Shown one piece after another: positions 62,162-64,000 of a stretch of DNA of 64,000 bases (position 1 is its first letter; each line of letters opens with the position of its first letter). Where the stretch lies: assembly GCA_965224085.1 (NCBI GenBank), contig CBDCYI010000005.1, positions 2,112,001 to 2,176,000 on the forward strand, written 5' to 3'. The position numbers and the translations under genes were made by a program. The notes below the pieces were generated by a model. It was not told the origin of the DNA and searched no databases. It was given only the letters and a program-made list of their open reading frames with translations. This DNA comes from Candidatus Marinacidobacterales bacterium. GTDB lineage: Bacteria > Acidobacteriota > Vicinamibacteria > Marinacidobacterales > SMYC01.

Positions 62162-63381
62162 TTCACTGCTGCGAGAACTGTGGTGCGAAACAAGAATCTG
62201 ATGCTCGGTTCTGTGCTCAGTGCGGGAGAGAACTACCACAGGTTGCTCCTGTACAAGAAGTTGAAGCCGAAGCCCTACGCGCAGAAATTGCTAGTTTGCG
62301 TGTGGAGCTAGAGTCGGTCGAGGACGCGGTCGAGATTCAGTCTTTCGGATTCTATGAACCGCGGTATGGTTTCGAAACTTCCAAGGAGTATGTTGACCGC
62401 CTCAATGCTATTCGAGACGAACAGAAGGCCATGATTCGAGACAAGTCTGCCACAGTCTGCCCGAGAGACTGGGTGGTGGATGGCAGCCTCGCGAAAGGCC
62501 GACAGATGATGGCCGAACACTCCCAACTGATGTTGCGCGCGTTCAATGGCGATTGCGATGCGGCAATCGGCAGGGTTAAGTACGACAACGTTGCAAGGGT
62601 CGAAAAGCGAATCAGTAAGGCTTTCGAGGCTATCAACAAGCTAGGAGCGACGAAGAGAATCGCTATTGCTGAAGAGTACCTCCAGAAGAAGCTGGCGGAG
62701 CTACATCTCGTGCACGAACACCGAGAGAAACTTTACGAAGAGAAAGAGGAACAGAGAGAAATCCGAGAGCGGATGCGTGAAGAACAAAGGGCAGAGAAAG
62801 AAATCGAGAAGGCGTGCCGTGACGCAGAAGAAGAGGAGCAACGCTACGTCAAGTCGTTTGAGGAGGCACGGGCCCAATTAGACAAAGCCACGGGTGCTCA
62901 GGTTGACAAGCTTGAAGGCCTCGTACAGAAGCTGGAGCAAGAGCTTGCGACGGCGATCGACAGGAAGTCCAAGAGCATGGCACGCGCCCAGCTCACGAGA
63001 TCAGGGCACGTCTACGTGCTGTCGAACGTCGGTTCCTTCGGCGAGGGCATCTACAAGATCGGAATGACAAGAAGACTCGAACCACTTGAGCGGGTGAATG
63101 AGTTAGGCGATGCTTCGGTTCCGTTTCGGTTTGACGTTCACGCAATGATTTACTCCGAAGATGCTCCAAGACTTGAGAGTGCCCTGCACGAGGTGTTCGC
63201 CGCTCGTAGGGTTAATCGCATTAACCTCCGACGTGAGTACTTCCGCGTCACTATTGACAAAATCATGGCGGCAGTCGAAAGGCATCACGGCACCGTGACT
63301 TTTGTGACCAAGCCGGAGGCAGATGAGTTCCGCAAGTCCAGCGCCATCCGCGCCGATGAAGAACCAAGCACCAGATCATGA
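62158..63381 (+). CDS. Zinc-ribbon + DUF4041 + T5orf172 (GIY-YIG-like) nuclease
   Basis: CENCG..FCAQCG; QSFGFYEP; LRAFNGDCDAAI; GHVYVLSNVGSFGEGIYKIGMTRRLEP..RVNELGDASVPF.FDVHA; REYF. Confidence 0.85.
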   Translation: MIHCCENCGAKQESDARFCAQCGRELPQVAPVQEVEAEALRAEIASLRVELESVEDAVEIQSFGFYEPRYGFETSKEYVDRLNAIRDEQKAMIRDKSATVCPRDWVVDGSLAKGRQMMAEHSQLMLRAFNGDCDAAIGRVKYDNVARVEKRISKAFEAINKLGATKRIAIAEEYLQKKLAELHLVHEHREKLYEEKEEQREIRERMREEQRAEKEIEKACRDAEEEEQRYVKSFEEARAQLDKATGAQVDKLEGLVQKLEQELATAIDRKSKSMARAQLTRSGHVYVLSNVGSFGEGIYKIGMTRRLEPLERVNELGDASVPFRFDVHAMIYSEDAPRLESALHEVFAARRVNRINLRREYFRVTIDKIMAAVERHHGTVTFVTKPEADEFRKSSAIRADEEPSTRS

Positions 63382-63726
63382 GATACTGTCGCGTTCTCCA
63401 CAGCCTGACGGCCACCCCGAATGAATGAAACGCGGTAGTCTCTGGAGGTGGCACCAGCTCAGAGGTCGGCTCAACGTTGGTGCGACTGAGCCCGTCCCGT
63501 CCTGTGCCAAAACTCGGCCCTTTTGAAATAGGCCATAAATCAGCAACTTAGTGTCTGTGTTTGCGACCGGGCCAAGGGCCGTGGGCTTTACAATCGTCTT
63601 GGGCGGGCGGGTCGTCACCATGCAGATGACCACCTAGTCGAGAGCGAATATCGAAGCATGTTCCTGAAGCTGTTTCCACGCTACGCCGGTCGAGCCCGCC
63701 GAGGGGCTACCGTCGCCGGCGACCAT

Positions 63727-63960
63727 CTACGCGGCACGGCAGTAGTAGTTGAGAATGCCCCCAAGTCGCTCTCGCGACACGATGGGGCCAGCGTCATTCG
63801 CGCTTGCCGGCAGAGGTGTGATGAGCTCGTTGCCGAGACCTTGGTGGTTCCGTTCTGTGTGATAGTGCACTACGTATTCGGTTACCGCTGTGCGCAGGTG
63901 TCGCTCACTGAGAGGTACGAAGCCGTCGAGACACTCTCGACGTATGGAGAGAACGAAGCT
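63727..63960 (-). pseudogene. C-terminal remnant of an integrase-core (rve) transposase
   Basis: Manual translation: SIRRECLD...RHLR...[17 protein letters not shown]...[15 protein letters not shown]. Confidence 0.7.
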
Positions 63961-64000
63961 GGAGAAGATAAGGGCGAGAGACCGCGACGTTGATCTTTAC

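Overview
A GC-rich bacterial window, probably from Acidobacteriota (inferred from the ADOP-type permease fragments and DUF1592/DUF1552/ankyrin operons). Housekeeping and catabolic genes include boxC-boxB with a BoxR-like regulator, a serB-serA fusion, an lpdA-lipB-E1a-E1b-E2-lipA operon, bshB1-bshA, a family-5 UDG and a mazEF-type pair. These sit among many IS elements and deletion-scarred pseudogenes. The standout is a nested mobile structure at about 36.3-44.0 kb. An IS256-family element has both terminal inverted repeats interrupted at the same nucleotide (CGGCCGGGA|CATCCC) by near-identical copies of one group II intron, whose putative EBS1 is complementary to that IR sequence. The right-hand copy is invaded by a second, unrelated group II intron. 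That intron's putative EBS1 (ACTATG) matches the CATAGT motif of the host intron's domain III, while its own equivalent site reads AATAGT. Also notable are a two-gene candidate anti-phage module (Mrr-associated N-terminal-type protein plus zinc-ribbon/DUF4041/T5orf172 nuclease), an E1-alpha with a degenerate TPP motif, and two convergent paralogous cytochrome-c/DUF1552/ankyrin operons. No rRNA, tRNA or CRISPR array was seen. All family calls come from motif recognition, not database searches.
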